The notes under the pieces: generated by a model | Told to the model about the DNA's origin: nothing | What the model saw: the letters and a program-made list of their open reading frames with translations, nothing else | The model's database searches: none | Part shown: positions 18,349 through 27,021 of the stretch, piece by piece | Layout: each line of letters opens with the position of its first letter | Position numbering within the stretch: position 1 is the first letter of the stretch | Assembly: GCA_017505785.1 (NCBI GenBank) | Contig: JAFVOQ010000034.1 | Coordinates: 14,093-78,092, forward strand | DNA length: 64,000 nucleotides | DNA from: Clostridia bacterium | GTDB lineage: Bacteria > Bacillota > Clostridia > Oscillospirales > CAG-272 | Direction of reading: 5' to 3' | Made by a program: the position numbers and the translations under genes

Positions 18349-19752
18349 ATGATCGATTTCAAACACATAGAAAAATACCGTGAGAACAACCGTATCGAGG
18401 CAAAACGCGCTATGGGCGGTTTGCCGTATAGCGTGTGGGAGACCTATTCTTCCTTTGCCAACACTATGGGCGGTGTGATCTTGCTTGGCGTGGAGGAGGG
18501 AAAGGATAAGAGCTTTCATGCCCTTGACCTGCCCGATCCGCAGGGCCTGATTCGAAAATTTTGGCGGCAGCTTAACGACCCACGCCGGGTAAATGTAAAC
18601 ATTTTAACGAAGGATAGCGTGCGTATAGAGCACGTGGACGGCAAGCGCATTGTGGTGATAGAGGTGCCACGCGCGCACCGTACCGATAAGCCCGTTTATA
18701 TTGAAAATGACATGCACCACGGCACCTACCGCCGCGGTGGAGAGGGGGATTATCGCTGCACACCCGAGGAGATCGACGTGATGCGGCGCGATGCCGCCGC
18801 GCGCTCACAGGATATGCGCTTGCTCGAGGGGTGCTCGCTGGATGCGCTTTGTGGAGAAACGGTCCTGCAATACCGTGCGCGCATGAAGGAGCTGCGCCCG
18901 GGACACGTATATGAGCGATGCAGTCAAAATGAATTTTTGATACAGATCAACGCGGCCGGCACAGGTGCTGACGGGGTATTACATCCCAGTGCCGCAGGAC
19001 TTTTGATGTTTGGCAAATATGAAGCGATACTTGGCGAAATACCGACGTATCGTGTCGCCTTCAAAAAGGAAGGTGCTCTTAACGGAAATGGCGAATGCAA
19101 GGAAAACCTGTATCAATTTTTTTACCGCGCCATTGGTGAGCTGCACGGTGGATTTTCGCGTAGCGTTACGGCTCAAAATGCCATTGAGGAGGCACTTGTC
19201 AACTGTTTGGTGAATGCTGATTACCGTGAGCGCGGCGGCGTATTGATTGAAAAAAGCGCCGATATGCTACGGTTTTCAAATCCGGGTGCCTTTCGTATTG
19301 ACCCGGGGCAAGCGCGCACGGGTGGCGTTTCCGATTCGCGCAACAAGGCAATTTCTCGTATGTTTTTGCTCATAGGTGAGGGGGCGGGTATAGGCGGCGG
19401 CATTCCGCGCATGTTTTCCGATTGGCGTAAGAATGCACGCCCAACTCCGTTTTTTGAAGAGCGCTTTGAGCCCGAACGTACTACACTGACACTTCCGATG
19501 CGTAAGCAACCTGCTTGTAAGGACGCGAATATGCAAAAACGTGCCATTCCCGGCACTGCTGCCAAGCAAATGATAGCAGAGCATCTTACAGCAGTGATCT
19601 TTTCACGTGCGGCGCAGATTGCAGCAGCCGTGGGCTTGCCGCTTTCGCGCGTGAGACGTTGCCTTGCGCAAATGCGGCACGATGGGATCGTGATATCCGA
19701 TGGGCAGGGTAAAAATACGCTTTGGCGGTTACGTGAACGCGCAGGATTATAA
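18349..19752 (+). CDS. AlbA_2 (Schlafen-like) domain / HATPase_c_4-type ATP-binding protein with a C-terminal wHTH
   Basis: ATG at 18349 with a G-rich RBS. N-terminus IDFKHIEKYRENNRIEAKRAMGGLPYSVWETYSSFANTMGGVILLGVEEG matches the divergent-AAA/AlbA_2 pattern. The C-terminal ~60 aa look like a winged helix. Confidence 0.7.
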   Translation: MIDFKHIEKYRENNRIEAKRAMGGLPYSVWETYSSFANTMGGVILLGVEEGKDKSFHALDLPDPQGLIRKFWRQLNDPRRVNVNILTKDSVRIEHVDGKRIVVIEVPRAHRTDKPVYIENDMHHGTYRRGGEGDYRCTPEEIDVMRRDAAARSQDMRLLEGCSLDALCGETVLQYRARMKELRPGHVYERCSQNEFLIQINAAGTGADGVLHPSAAGLLMFGKYEAILGEIPTYRVAFKKEGALNGNGECKENLYQFFYRAIGELHGGFSRSVTAQNAIEEALVNCLVNADYRERGGVLIEKSADMLRFSNPGAFRIDPGQARTGGVSDSRNKAISRMFLLIGEGAGIGGGIPRMFSDWRKNARPTPFFEERFEPERTTLTLPMRKQPACKDANMQKRAIPGTAAKQMIAEHLTAVIFSRAAQIAAAVGLPLSRVRRCLAQMRHDGIVISDGQGKNTLWRLRERAGL

Positions 19753-19756
19753 AAAA

Positions 19757-19784
19757 GAGGCGGCAATTTTGCCGCCTCTTTTTT
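19757..19784. terminator. Bidirectional terminator between convergent genes
   Basis: GAGGCGGC-AATTTT-GCCGCCTC stem flanked by A6 and T6 runs. Confidence 0.8.
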
Positions 19785-19800
19785 ATTGCTTAAAGTATTA

Positions 19801-20229
19801 TTAACCTGCCTCGTAAAGTACGTAAACGGCACCATCTAAAGTAAAGGTGGAGTTAGCCTTGTCAATCACAACGGATTTTGTCATTGTTTGGGTTGCACCA
19901 CTTGCATCATCCCAAGTAAAGGTGATATTGCCGCGCGTGATGCCGTTATCTTTATCTGCTTGACGAGCTTCCTTGTCCTCGGACTCGATGGCCTCGATCT
20001 TGTACTTGCCCGAATAAGCAAGAAGGGGATCTTCTTGTTTTACATAACTAATGTAGGTGTTGTAGGAAAAGGATGTGCCGTCAAAGGTGTAGCTCGTATA
20101 ACAACCGGTCAAGGCAGGGTCGCCCAAAACGTATTCACCGGCTTTTACCTTCTTGCCACAGGATACAAGAGAAAAACAGAGCATAACTGCAATCAGTGTA
20201 AGGGATAATACACGAGTAAAGACTTTCAT
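19801..20229 (-). CDS. Small lipoprotein (paralog B)
   Basis: Start at M13 of the tracked ORF. MKVFTRVLSLTLIAVMLCFSLVSCG carries a lipobox. Shares GKYK and ITFTW landmarks with paralog A. Confidence 0.6.
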   Translation of the reverse strand: MKVFTRVLSLTLIAVMLCFSLVSCGKKVKAGEYVLGDPALTGCYTSYTFDGTSFSYNTYISYVKQEDPLLAYSGKYKIEAIESEDKEARQADKDNGITRGNITFTWDDASGATQTMTKSVVIDKANSTFTLDGAVYVLYEAG

Positions 20230-20265
20230 AAGTATGTCCTCCGTTATAGTTTTATGGATATCCAT

Positions 20266-20294
20266 AGTATATCATGTGTTGCAAAAAAATGCAA
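20266..20294 (-). promoter_or_regulatory. Sigma-A type promoter of lipoprotein paralog B
   Basis: On the minus strand: TTGCAT, 17-nt spacer, TATACT. It is immediately followed by the palindrome TATGGATATCCATA (20253-20266). Confidence 0.5.
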
Positions 20295-20361
20295 TAGATT
20301 TTTTTGATTTTGTGCATTTGTACAAAAAAAGGAGACAGAATATGGTTACTTTGCAATTCCG

Positions 20362-21813
20362 TCAGGCTTTTTTCGCCCAAGTCGTACCGCTTGATGTATC
20401 GGTCAATACGATACCTTTTTCCAACAGCTCCCCACGGATGAGATCGGCCTTGGCGTAATCCTTGGCTTTCTTTGCGGCGGCGCGCGCATCAATTGCTTCT
20501 TCAATGGCACGGATCTCGGGATCGTCGGAGTAAACACGAACAGCTGCCTTTGCAGCTTCTTCAGCCTTTTGCTTTGCCAGTGCATCTGCTCTCTCAAGCA
20601 GATCCAGTGCCAAAACTGCGTCAAAATCCCCGATCGCGGCACGCTTTGTAGCGGTGTTTGCGGAAGATTTTAACACATTATACAGTGCGGTTATGGCAAG
20701 GGAGGTGTTAAGATCATTGTCAAGTGCTTCTCTGAATTTCGCCTTCAGCTCCTCCAATGCGCCTTCGTCAACCTGCTCACCCTCTACTGCCTTCAGTGCT
20801 GCAATACGGGCAATCAACTTGTTGTAGGAAACAACTGCATTGTCGAGATTTTCAAAGGTGAAGACCAAGGATCTGCGATAGTGCGATCCAAGGCAGAAAA
20901 AGCGGTAGGCAAGCGGATCGTACCCCTTGCTTTGGAGCAGAGATACGGTGAGAAACTCACCCTTGGATTTTGACATTTTGCCGCTATCCGTATTGAGATG
21001 CAGCACGTGCATCCAGTAGTTGCACCATTTATGACCGAGGTATGCCTCGCTTTGTGCAATTTCGTTGGTATGGTGAGGAAAGGCGTTATCAATACCGCCG
21101 CAGTGAATATCAAGACGCTCGCCAAGATGCTTCATTGCAATGCAGGAGCACTCGATGTGCCAACCGGGGTAGCCGATGCCCCAGGGGCTATCCCACTTGA
21201 GCTCTTGATCCTCAAATTTGGATTTGGTGAACCACAGCACGAAATCTGCCTTGTTTCTCTTATTGCCGTCCTCCTCAACACCCTCTCGCACGCCTACGGC
21301 AAGATCCTCGGAGGTAAAGTCGTTAAAAATATAGTATTGGGAAAGCTTTGAGGTGTCAAAGTAAATGTTGCCACCTGCCTCGTAGGCAAAGTCCTTTTCG
21401 AGTAACGCCTCGATCACACGGATAAAATCATCAATGCAGGCGGTGGCAGGCTCGATCACGTCGGGGCGGCGGATATGCAGCTTTTCGCAGTCGGCAAAAA
21501 AGCAATCGGTGTAATATTTGGCGATCTCCATTACCGTTTTCTTTTCTCGCTTGGCGCCCTTTAGCATCTTATCCTCGCCGGTATCGCCGTCGCTGGATAG
21601 GTGTCCCACGTCGGTAATATTCATCACGCGCGTGACGTCATAACCGAGATAACGCATGTAACGGTCAAGAATGTCCTCCATGATATAGGTGCGCAGATTG
21701 CCGATGTGCGCGTAGTGATAAACCGTAGGGCCACAGGTGTAAATGCTTACCTTTCCCGGTTCGTTTGGCACAAATTCTTCTCTTTTGTGCGTGGCTGTGT
21801 TATAAAGAATCAT
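20362..21813 (-). CDS. cysS: Cysteine--tRNA ligase
   Basis: HIGH-type motif (YHYAHIGN) and KMSKS motif, with a full-length CysRS-like sequence. Lies 3 nt downstream of cysE. Confidence 0.95.
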   Translation of the reverse strand: MILYNTATHKREEFVPNEPGKVSIYTCGPTVYHYAHIGNLRTYIMEDILDRYMRYLGYDVTRVMNITDVGHLSSDGDTGEDKMLKGAKREKKTVMEIAKYYTDCFFADCEKLHIRRPDVIEPATACIDDFIRVIEALLEKDFAYEAGGNIYFDTSKLSQYYIFNDFTSEDLAVGVREGVEEDGNKRNKADFVLWFTKSKFEDQELKWDSPWGIGYPGWHIECSCIAMKHLGERLDIHCGGIDNAFPHHTNEIAQSEAYLGHKWCNYWMHVLHLNTDSGKMSKSKGEFLTVSLLQSKGYDPLAYRFFCLGSHYRRSLVFTFENLDNAVVSYNKLIARIAALKAVEGEQVDEGALEELKAKFREALDNDLNTSLAITALYNVLKSSANTATKRAAIGDFDAVLALDLLERADALAKQKAEEAAKAAVRVYSDDPEIRAIEEAIDARAAAKKAKDYAKADLIRGELLEKGIVLTDTSSGTTWAKKA

Positions 21814-21816
21814 AGA

Positions 21817-22614
21817 TTACTCCTTTGCGGATTTAGTTGTTTTCTTTTTTGGGGTGGATTTTTCCTTTTCGTCGGGTGTGATCGCTTTTTCCAGCTTCAC
21901 AAGGCGACGACGTAGCTTTTCGCTCGCGGCACGCAGGGCGGTGAGCTCCTCTTTAATGGGGTCGGGAATGTGGATTTGGTCAAGATCGTTGGCAATACGC
22001 ACGCCTCCAACGCTTACCACACGGGCCGGGATGCCCACAGCTGTGCTGTCTGAAGGAATATCGTGTAAAGCCACGGCACCTGCCGCGATCTTTGCGTTGT
22101 CGCCGATCGTGAGTGGTCCCAGCACCTTGGCACCGGCACCGATCATAACGTTGTCGCCAAGTGTGGGGTGACGCTTGCCTACATTTTTACCTGTGCCGCC
22201 AAGTGTCACGCCTTGATAAATGGTGCAGTTGTCACCGATTTCGGCGGTTTCACCAATCACAACACCGGCACCGTGGTCGATCACAAGCCCACGCCCGATC
22301 GTGGCACCCGGGTGAATTTCAATTCCCGTGACAAACTTTGCACCTTGGCTGATCAGCCTTGCAGTAAAGGTGTGTCCGTTTTTGTAGAGCTTGTGCGAAA
22401 CGCGGTGCGCTGTACGGGCATGCAGGCCCGAATAGAGCAGAACGATCTCGGCATTGTTCGTGGCAGCGGGGTCGCGCTGGCGAAAGGCATCCACGTCATA
22501 ACGCACCTCTTTGATAAAGTCACGCCCGCCGCGATACGTATCCTTGGCGACCTTGCGTACCGCGTCGCTAAGAATAGTAGCTCCCTGTGCGATTTTTTCA
22601 TAATCGATATTCAT
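21817..22614 (-). CDS. cysE: Serine O-acetyltransferase
   Basis: SATase N-terminal region (DPAA...LLYSGLHA) and left-handed beta-helix hexapeptide repeats, plus a ~55-aa charged C-terminal extension. Confidence 0.9.
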   Translation of the reverse strand: MNIDYEKIAQGATILSDAVRKVAKDTYRGGRDFIKEVRYDVDAFRQRDPAATNNAEIVLLYSGLHARTAHRVSHKLYKNGHTFTARLISQGAKFVTGIEIHPGATIGRGLVIDHGAGVVIGETAEIGDNCTIYQGVTLGGTGKNVGKRHPTLGDNVMIGAGAKVLGPLTIGDNAKIAAGAVALHDIPSDSTAVGIPARVVSVGGVRIANDLDQIHIPDPIKEELTALRAASEKLRRRLVKLEKAITPDEKEKSTPKKKTTKSAKE

Positions 22615-22639
22615 ATAAAAACCTCATTGCTTATTTTTA

Positions 22640-22900
22640 GGTGTATTAAAACAAAAAACACCCCTGTACCAATTGGTACAGAGGCGGCGTGAACCGCGGT
22701 TCCACTCTGCTTTGGGTTGCCCCCTTACCGCCCGAATGCCGAGCAGTTCTCCCTTAACGCGGGCTACGGCAACAGCTAACGCCAAGTGCGCTCACCGCCG
22801 CATCTCACGGGTGCACATCTCCCGCCTCCCTGTATGCTGCTTACAGCCAAGGCAGCACTCTCTTAACAGGTCCACGGGTCTTTTCCCGATCATAGATCTT
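22640..22900 (-). promoter_or_regulatory. T-box riboswitch leader (Cys specifier) of cysE-cysS
   Basis: On the minus strand: AGAGAG GA-motif; candidate specifier UGC followed by A (plus 22813-22815); T-box sequence AAAGCAGAGUGGAACCGCGG (about 22694-22713); terminator CCUCUGUACC/GGUACAGGGG followed by a U run. Confidence 0.85.
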
Positions 22901-22907
22901 CCTATAT

Positions 22908-22936
22908 ATTATACACAGGAAAAGGGAATTTGTAAA
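22908..22936 (-). promoter_or_regulatory. Sigma-A type promoter of the cysES leader
   Basis: On the minus strand: TTTACA, 17-nt spacer, TATAAT. Confidence 0.6.
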
Positions 22937-23034
22937 CCCCTTTTCAAAAAAATAATGAAAGCGGCTTTTGAAGCAGCGACAAAAGTAAAAACCGCTTTTC
23001 CGCAGCAGCAGAAAAACGGCTTTCAGATAAAATT

Positions 23035-24114
23035 TTAATAATATTGCGCAACCAACCCTTGCAGCACGGAATGCTTTTTTTCCATATCGGCAACCAGCTT
23101 GAGCTGTGTGCGCGTGCGTTCGAGATTGTGCCCCTCGCGATGAATGCGGAAGTAGGTATCACCTTGCAGGTGATCGGTGAGGAACCGCATGCCCTGTTCT
23201 AAGGTTAGTATGCGTGCGCCCTCGGGGAGTGCGCGGAGTTCCTCCTTGGTGATGCTGTCAGAAAGGCTTTTTACAAAGCCTTTGGTGTAAGCATCAAACA
23301 TCTCAGCGCGCACATATACCTTGTCAAGATCGGTTTCGTCCTCTCGGGCACTTGATGCACCAAAGCGAATGGCATCGCCGAAGTCGTAAAGAAGCGATCC
23401 CGGCATTACGGTATCAAGGTCGATCACGCAAAGCCCCACTCCCGTTTTTTTGTCAATAATTACGTTGTTTGGCTTGGTGTCGTTGTGCGTTACACGTAAG
23501 GGGAACGCGCCGCTTGCAAGCCCGTCAACAATAAATGAGCAATCCTTGCGGCGGGCACGGATAAAGGCAATCTCCGCTGCGCATTCCTTGGCGCGCCCGC
23601 AAATATCGGCAGCGACCGCCGCCTCAAAGGCCTCGTAACGCTTTGCCGTGTTGTGGAAATTGGGGATCGCTTCATAAAGGGTGGATATGTCGTAATCGGA
23701 CAGCTGATTTTGAAAATTACCAAATGCTGTGCCCACGCGCGTAAATAACGCCGGAGTGTCGCAACTCTCATAGCAAATTCCGTCAATAAACCGATAAGCG
23801 CGCCAGTATTCGCCGTTGTCGTCGATATGGTAGTAGTGCTCGCCGCTTTTCACAAATTGCAGTGCACCGTTTTGCACATCGCCGCCGTCGGCGGCAAGCT
23901 TGGCGCGGATATGATCGGTAACGCCCACTAAGTTTGCCATGATCGCAGGGGGATCCTTGAAGACCTCTTTTTTTATTTTTTGTATGACATAGCGATCGTG
24001 AGCGCAATCCACAAAATAGGTGCTATTGATATGACCTATTTTACATTCGCTAATAGAGAGTGCAGGTGAACTAAAATCAAAAGCCGAAACGATTTTTTTT
24101 GTATTATTCATCAT
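23035..24114 (-). CDS. nahK: N-acetylhexosamine 1-kinase-like phosphotransferase (APH family, NahK/LnpB-like)
   Basis: Similar along its length to my recollection of Bifidobacterium NahK (HINSTYFV, PLRVTHNDTKPNNVIID, IDLDTVMPGSLLYDFGDAIRFGAS, MRFLTDHLQGD). Start is uncertain (ATG 24114 or TTG 24120). Confidence 0.8.
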   Translation of the reverse strand: MMNNTKKIVSAFDFSSPALSISECKIGHINSTYFVDCAHDRYVIQKIKKEVFKDPPAIMANLVGVTDHIRAKLAADGGDVQNGALQFVKSGEHYYHIDDNGEYWRAYRFIDGICYESCDTPALFTRVGTAFGNFQNQLSDYDISTLYEAIPNFHNTAKRYEAFEAAVAADICGRAKECAAEIAFIRARRKDCSFIVDGLASGAFPLRVTHNDTKPNNVIIDKKTGVGLCVIDLDTVMPGSLLYDFGDAIRFGASSAREDETDLDKVYVRAEMFDAYTKGFVKSLSDSITKEELRALPEGARILTLEQGMRFLTDHLQGDTYFRIHREGHNLERTRTQLKLVADMEKKHSVLQGLVAQYY

Positions 24115-24226
24115 AAACAAACGGAGTATCGCACGGGGCGCACTTCCTTTGCCTTTCCGATCGTAATCAAATATTCACAAAGTCTTTCCTGCAAGCGTTC
24201 AGCTTGCTTTGAGGCGCAAAAAGGCC

Positions 24227-24946
24227 TTAGTCAAGCACGTCTGCCGTGCAAATGAGGGTCACATCGGGGTGAAGATTGAGCATGGTTGCAGGGAAGCTTG
24301 TATCTATGGTGCGCTCCAGCATTGCAGAAACGGCATCCTTTTTAGAGGCGCCGGAAGCCATGATAACGATCTTTCTTGCCTTGAAAATGGTGCCAATGCC
24401 CATGGTAAGCGCGCGGCGAGGCACATCGTTTGCGCTGGCAAAAAAGCGTGCGTTTGCCTCGATCGTGTCCTCGGTAAGATCGGTTACGTGCGTATCAAGC
24501 ATCAGCTTGGTATCGGGCTCGTTAAAGCCGATATGTCCGTTTCTGCCAATGCCGAGAATTTGAATATCAATGCCGCCAAGGTCAGTTACAAGCTGCTCGT
24601 AGCGCTTGCATTCCGCAACGGGATCTGCAGCGGTGCCGTCGGGCACGTTGGTGTTTGCCTTGTCGATGTCAATGTGATCAAAGAGCTGATGGTTCATAAA
24701 GTAGCGGTAGCTTTGATCGTTGGCGGGATCAATGGGGTAGTATTCGTCAAGATTTACAGAGGTCACGTTTTTAAAGCTAAGCTCACCCTTCTTGCACATT
24801 TCGGCAAGGGCAGCGTACATGCCCTCGGGGGTAGAGCCGGTGGCAAGACCGAGCACGCAGTTCGGTTTTTCCTTGACCAGGCTTGCGATCATTTGCGCGC
24901 CGTGCTGGGACATTTCCTCATAATTTTTGCAAACGATAATGTTCAT
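24227..24946 (-). CDS. nagB: Glucosamine-6-phosphate deaminase
   Basis: LGLATGSTPEGMY and GIGRNGHIGFNEP motifs. 239 aa. Confidence 0.95.
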   Translation of the reverse strand: MNIIVCKNYEEMSQHGAQMIASLVKEKPNCVLGLATGSTPEGMYAALAEMCKKGELSFKNVTSVNLDEYYPIDPANDQSYRYFMNHQLFDHIDIDKANTNVPDGTAADPVAECKRYEQLVTDLGGIDIQILGIGRNGHIGFNEPDTKLMLDTHVTDLTEDTIEANARFFASANDVPRRALTMGIGTIFKARKIVIMASGASKKDAVSAMLERTIDTSFPATMLNLHPDVTLICTADVLD

Positions 24947-24998
24947 AAATTGATACCTCGTTTTATTAAATTCGGCAAAGCCGTTTCTGTCATTATAT

Positions 24999-25027
24999 AT
25001 TGTAACATACTACATGATTAAAGTCAA
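24999..25027 (-). promoter_or_regulatory. Sigma-A type promoter of nagB-nahK
   Basis: On the minus strand: TTGACT, 17-nt spacer, TACAAT. Confidence 0.6.
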
Positions 25028-25068
25028 TATTATAAATGCTATATAATTTTTTGATTTGAAGCATCTGA

Positions 25069-25100
25069 TAAAAAGAGCTCAACCTAAAAGGTCAAGCTCT
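25069..25100 (-). terminator. Terminator after the SPFH / zinc-ribbon / TPM-like operon
   Basis: AGAGCTTGACC / GGTTGAGCTCT stem followed by a T run on the minus strand. Confidence 0.7.
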
Positions 25101-25106
25101 TATCTG

Positions 25107-25916
25107 TTATCTGCCGCCGCGTCTGCCGCCGCCCCCACTGCCACGTGAGCCGCCGCGAGAGCCACTGCCCCCGTTGCTTGATTGCACGCGCACACGTGTC
25201 ACATAGCTGCCGACAAAACGATCCTCGCGGTGTGTAAGATTTAGCCGTGCATAGCGATCCAGCGGATATGTAACCCCGTGCTGCTTTTTTCGATAGAAAA
25301 GTACAACGCCGAGTATGCTACCGCCGGCACTTACAAGCCCCGCCACAGCCGCGATCAGAACAACGACCAGAGGCTTACGTCGTTCTTTTGCCGCAAGCGC
25401 CTTATAATGCCCGTCTATCTCATCGGCACAAAGCGAAAAAAACGCTGTCGCGCCGTCCTTGACGTTGCCTGCCTTCAGGTTGTCGTAAACGGCATCTGTA
25501 TCCAGTATGCGGTTAACGTCATGATCCGAAAAAGCCTCGGATGCATCTCCGTAGGTGTACATATCGTAATAAAATTTGTTGTTAGCACCTGTCATACGGA
25601 CAACGAGAACCACCGCGTGCGTTTTGTGAGGATAAAAATCGGAGAGGTCAAGCATGGTACGAATTTCACTGTTAGTCAGATAATCGTCGGCGTAGGCCGT
25701 TTGCATGGTGATGAGATGAAATTCGATACCGTGTGTATCTGTTTGTGCCGAAGGGGATAAGCTTTTTTCGTCTTCCTCGCTCAGTATGCCGAGCAGATCA
25801 AGCACATTTACCTCGGCAGGCTGCGGCGCGGTTGTCACCTCTGCCGCAAGTAAGGGTACGCTGAGAGCTGTGGCAACGAGAGGGATGAGAAGGCATAGTA
25901 AGAGTGTTTTTTTCAT
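25107..25916 (-). CDS. Secreted/membrane-anchored protein, TPM-domain-like (YdjH-like), with a Gly/Arg-rich tail
   Basis: Signal peptide, one C-terminal TM helix (LVVVLIAAVAGLVSAGGSILGVVLF), and a GGSGSRGGSRGSGGGGRRGGR tail as often seen in TPM proteins. The domain call is tentative. Confidence 0.45.
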   Translation of the reverse strand: MKKTLLLCLLIPLVATALSVPLLAAEVTTAPQPAEVNVLDLLGILSEEDEKSLSPSAQTDTHGIEFHLITMQTAYADDYLTNSEIRTMLDLSDFYPHKTHAVVLVVRMTGANNKFYYDMYTYGDASEAFSDHDVNRILDTDAVYDNLKAGNVKDGATAFFSLCADEIDGHYKALAAKERRKPLVVVLIAAVAGLVSAGGSILGVVLFYRKKQHGVTYPLDRYARLNLTHREDRFVGSYVTRVRVQSSNGGSGSRGGSRGSGGGGRRGGR

Positions 25917-25927
25917 ACCGTCCCCCC

Positions 25928-27019
25928 TTATTTAAACAAAAACAGCTTTAAAAGCGCGGCGAGAACGCTCGCACCGATGCCGACGAGCGTGCCAAGGATC
26001 GCCAGCTTTTTGCCGCTGACGGGAAATCTGCCCCACACCTTTCCCGTATAACCGTTCATGGCGTAGGTGTAGGTTTTGCCCTTGTGGCGGTAGGTCAGCA
26101 GCCAAATGGGCATAAGCGTGTAATCCCAGTGTAGCACGCGTGTCAGGAGGCGTGGCTGTGAGGGTGAAACGGTGGCATATCCGTTAATGGTGTTGGAAAG
26201 GAGAGTGGTGGCGTAGCTTGTCATACGGGTGCGTACTGCCTCGCGTACGGCTTCCTTTTCAATGTTGCGCTTTTTTGCAATAAAGCCCGAGAGGTAGGGC
26301 ATGGAAAATTCCTGTAAGGAATCCGAGGGGTAGGGGAGAATACCGTCAAGCATCTCGCGGTCCTCCTCGGTAATCGCGGGCGTGACGATATCCTCAAAAT
26401 GGATCTCGCCCGCACGGCTGATGTGATAATTGGAGGTTTCGGTATAGCGATAATCCCCCTGCCGCCAGGTGCGAACACGGGTTGCGCGTGCTGTCATTGA
26501 GGCAGAAACGTCTGCATCGGTGACCCAAAACGGGTAGTAGATGCCACAAATTTTATCCACCTGCTCCGCTGATAAAAAATCTCGCGGCACAAAGTGCCGT
26601 TTGCCTGCAAAAGCAAAAAACTTCTCTTGCGCGGCGACCTTGTCAAATTGAAACGGGATCACCTTATGCGGTTTCATTTGTCCTGCAAGTCGCCCCGAAA
26701 ACAGCACGTAGCTGTGACAATAGGGGCACGACGTTGCGGCGGTGTTTTCGTCTGCCATGATCTCTGCGCCGCACGAGGAGCATACGTAGGTGCGTATTTG
26801 GGCGCAAAACTCGTTGTCGGGAATCTCGCTTTCCTCGGCTGCGCGCTCTGCCGCCTCGGAGGCTGCTTCCTCTGCCTTCCGCGCTGTTTCGGTGTCGTCA
26901 AGCTCCTCTTTTGTAAATTCCGAACGGCAGTATTCACAGGAAAATTTTCCTGTGCTCGGGTCAAATGCGAGGGGGGCTGCACAATTCGGGCAGTGATATG
27001 TAACGGTTGCTTCTACCAT
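25928..27019 (-). CDS. Zinc-ribbon membrane protein (YdjG-like)
   Basis: Two CxxC...CxxC ribbons (CPNCAAPL..CEYC; CSSCGAEI..CPYC) and a C-terminal TM helix. Translationally coupled to the upstream SPFH gene. Confidence 0.55.
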   Translation of the reverse strand: MVEATVTYHCPNCAAPLAFDPSTGKFSCEYCRSEFTKEELDDTETARKAEEAASEAAERAAEESEIPDNEFCAQIRTYVCSSCGAEIMADENTAATSCPYCHSYVLFSGRLAGQMKPHKVIPFQFDKVAAQEKFFAFAGKRHFVPRDFLSAEQVDKICGIYYPFWVTDADVSASMTARATRVRTWRQGDYRYTETSNYHISRAGEIHFEDIVTPAITEEDREMLDGILPYPSDSLQEFSMPYLSGFIAKKRNIEKEAVREAVRTRMTSYATTLLSNTINGYATVSPSQPRLLTRVLHWDYTLMPIWLLTYRHKGKTYTYAMNGYTGKVWGRFPVSGKKLAILGTLVGIGASVLAALLKLFLFK

Positions 27020-27021
27020 GA

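Noticed and set aside
21817-21990. The ~55-aa charged C-terminal extension of CysE (…EELTALRAASEKLRRRLVKLEKAITPDEKEKSTPKKKTTKSAKE).
   Set aside because: As far as I recall, C-terminal helical or charged extensions occur in SAT enzymes of other Clostridia. Nothing in the sequence suggests a separate domain or fusion, so it is not reported as a finding.
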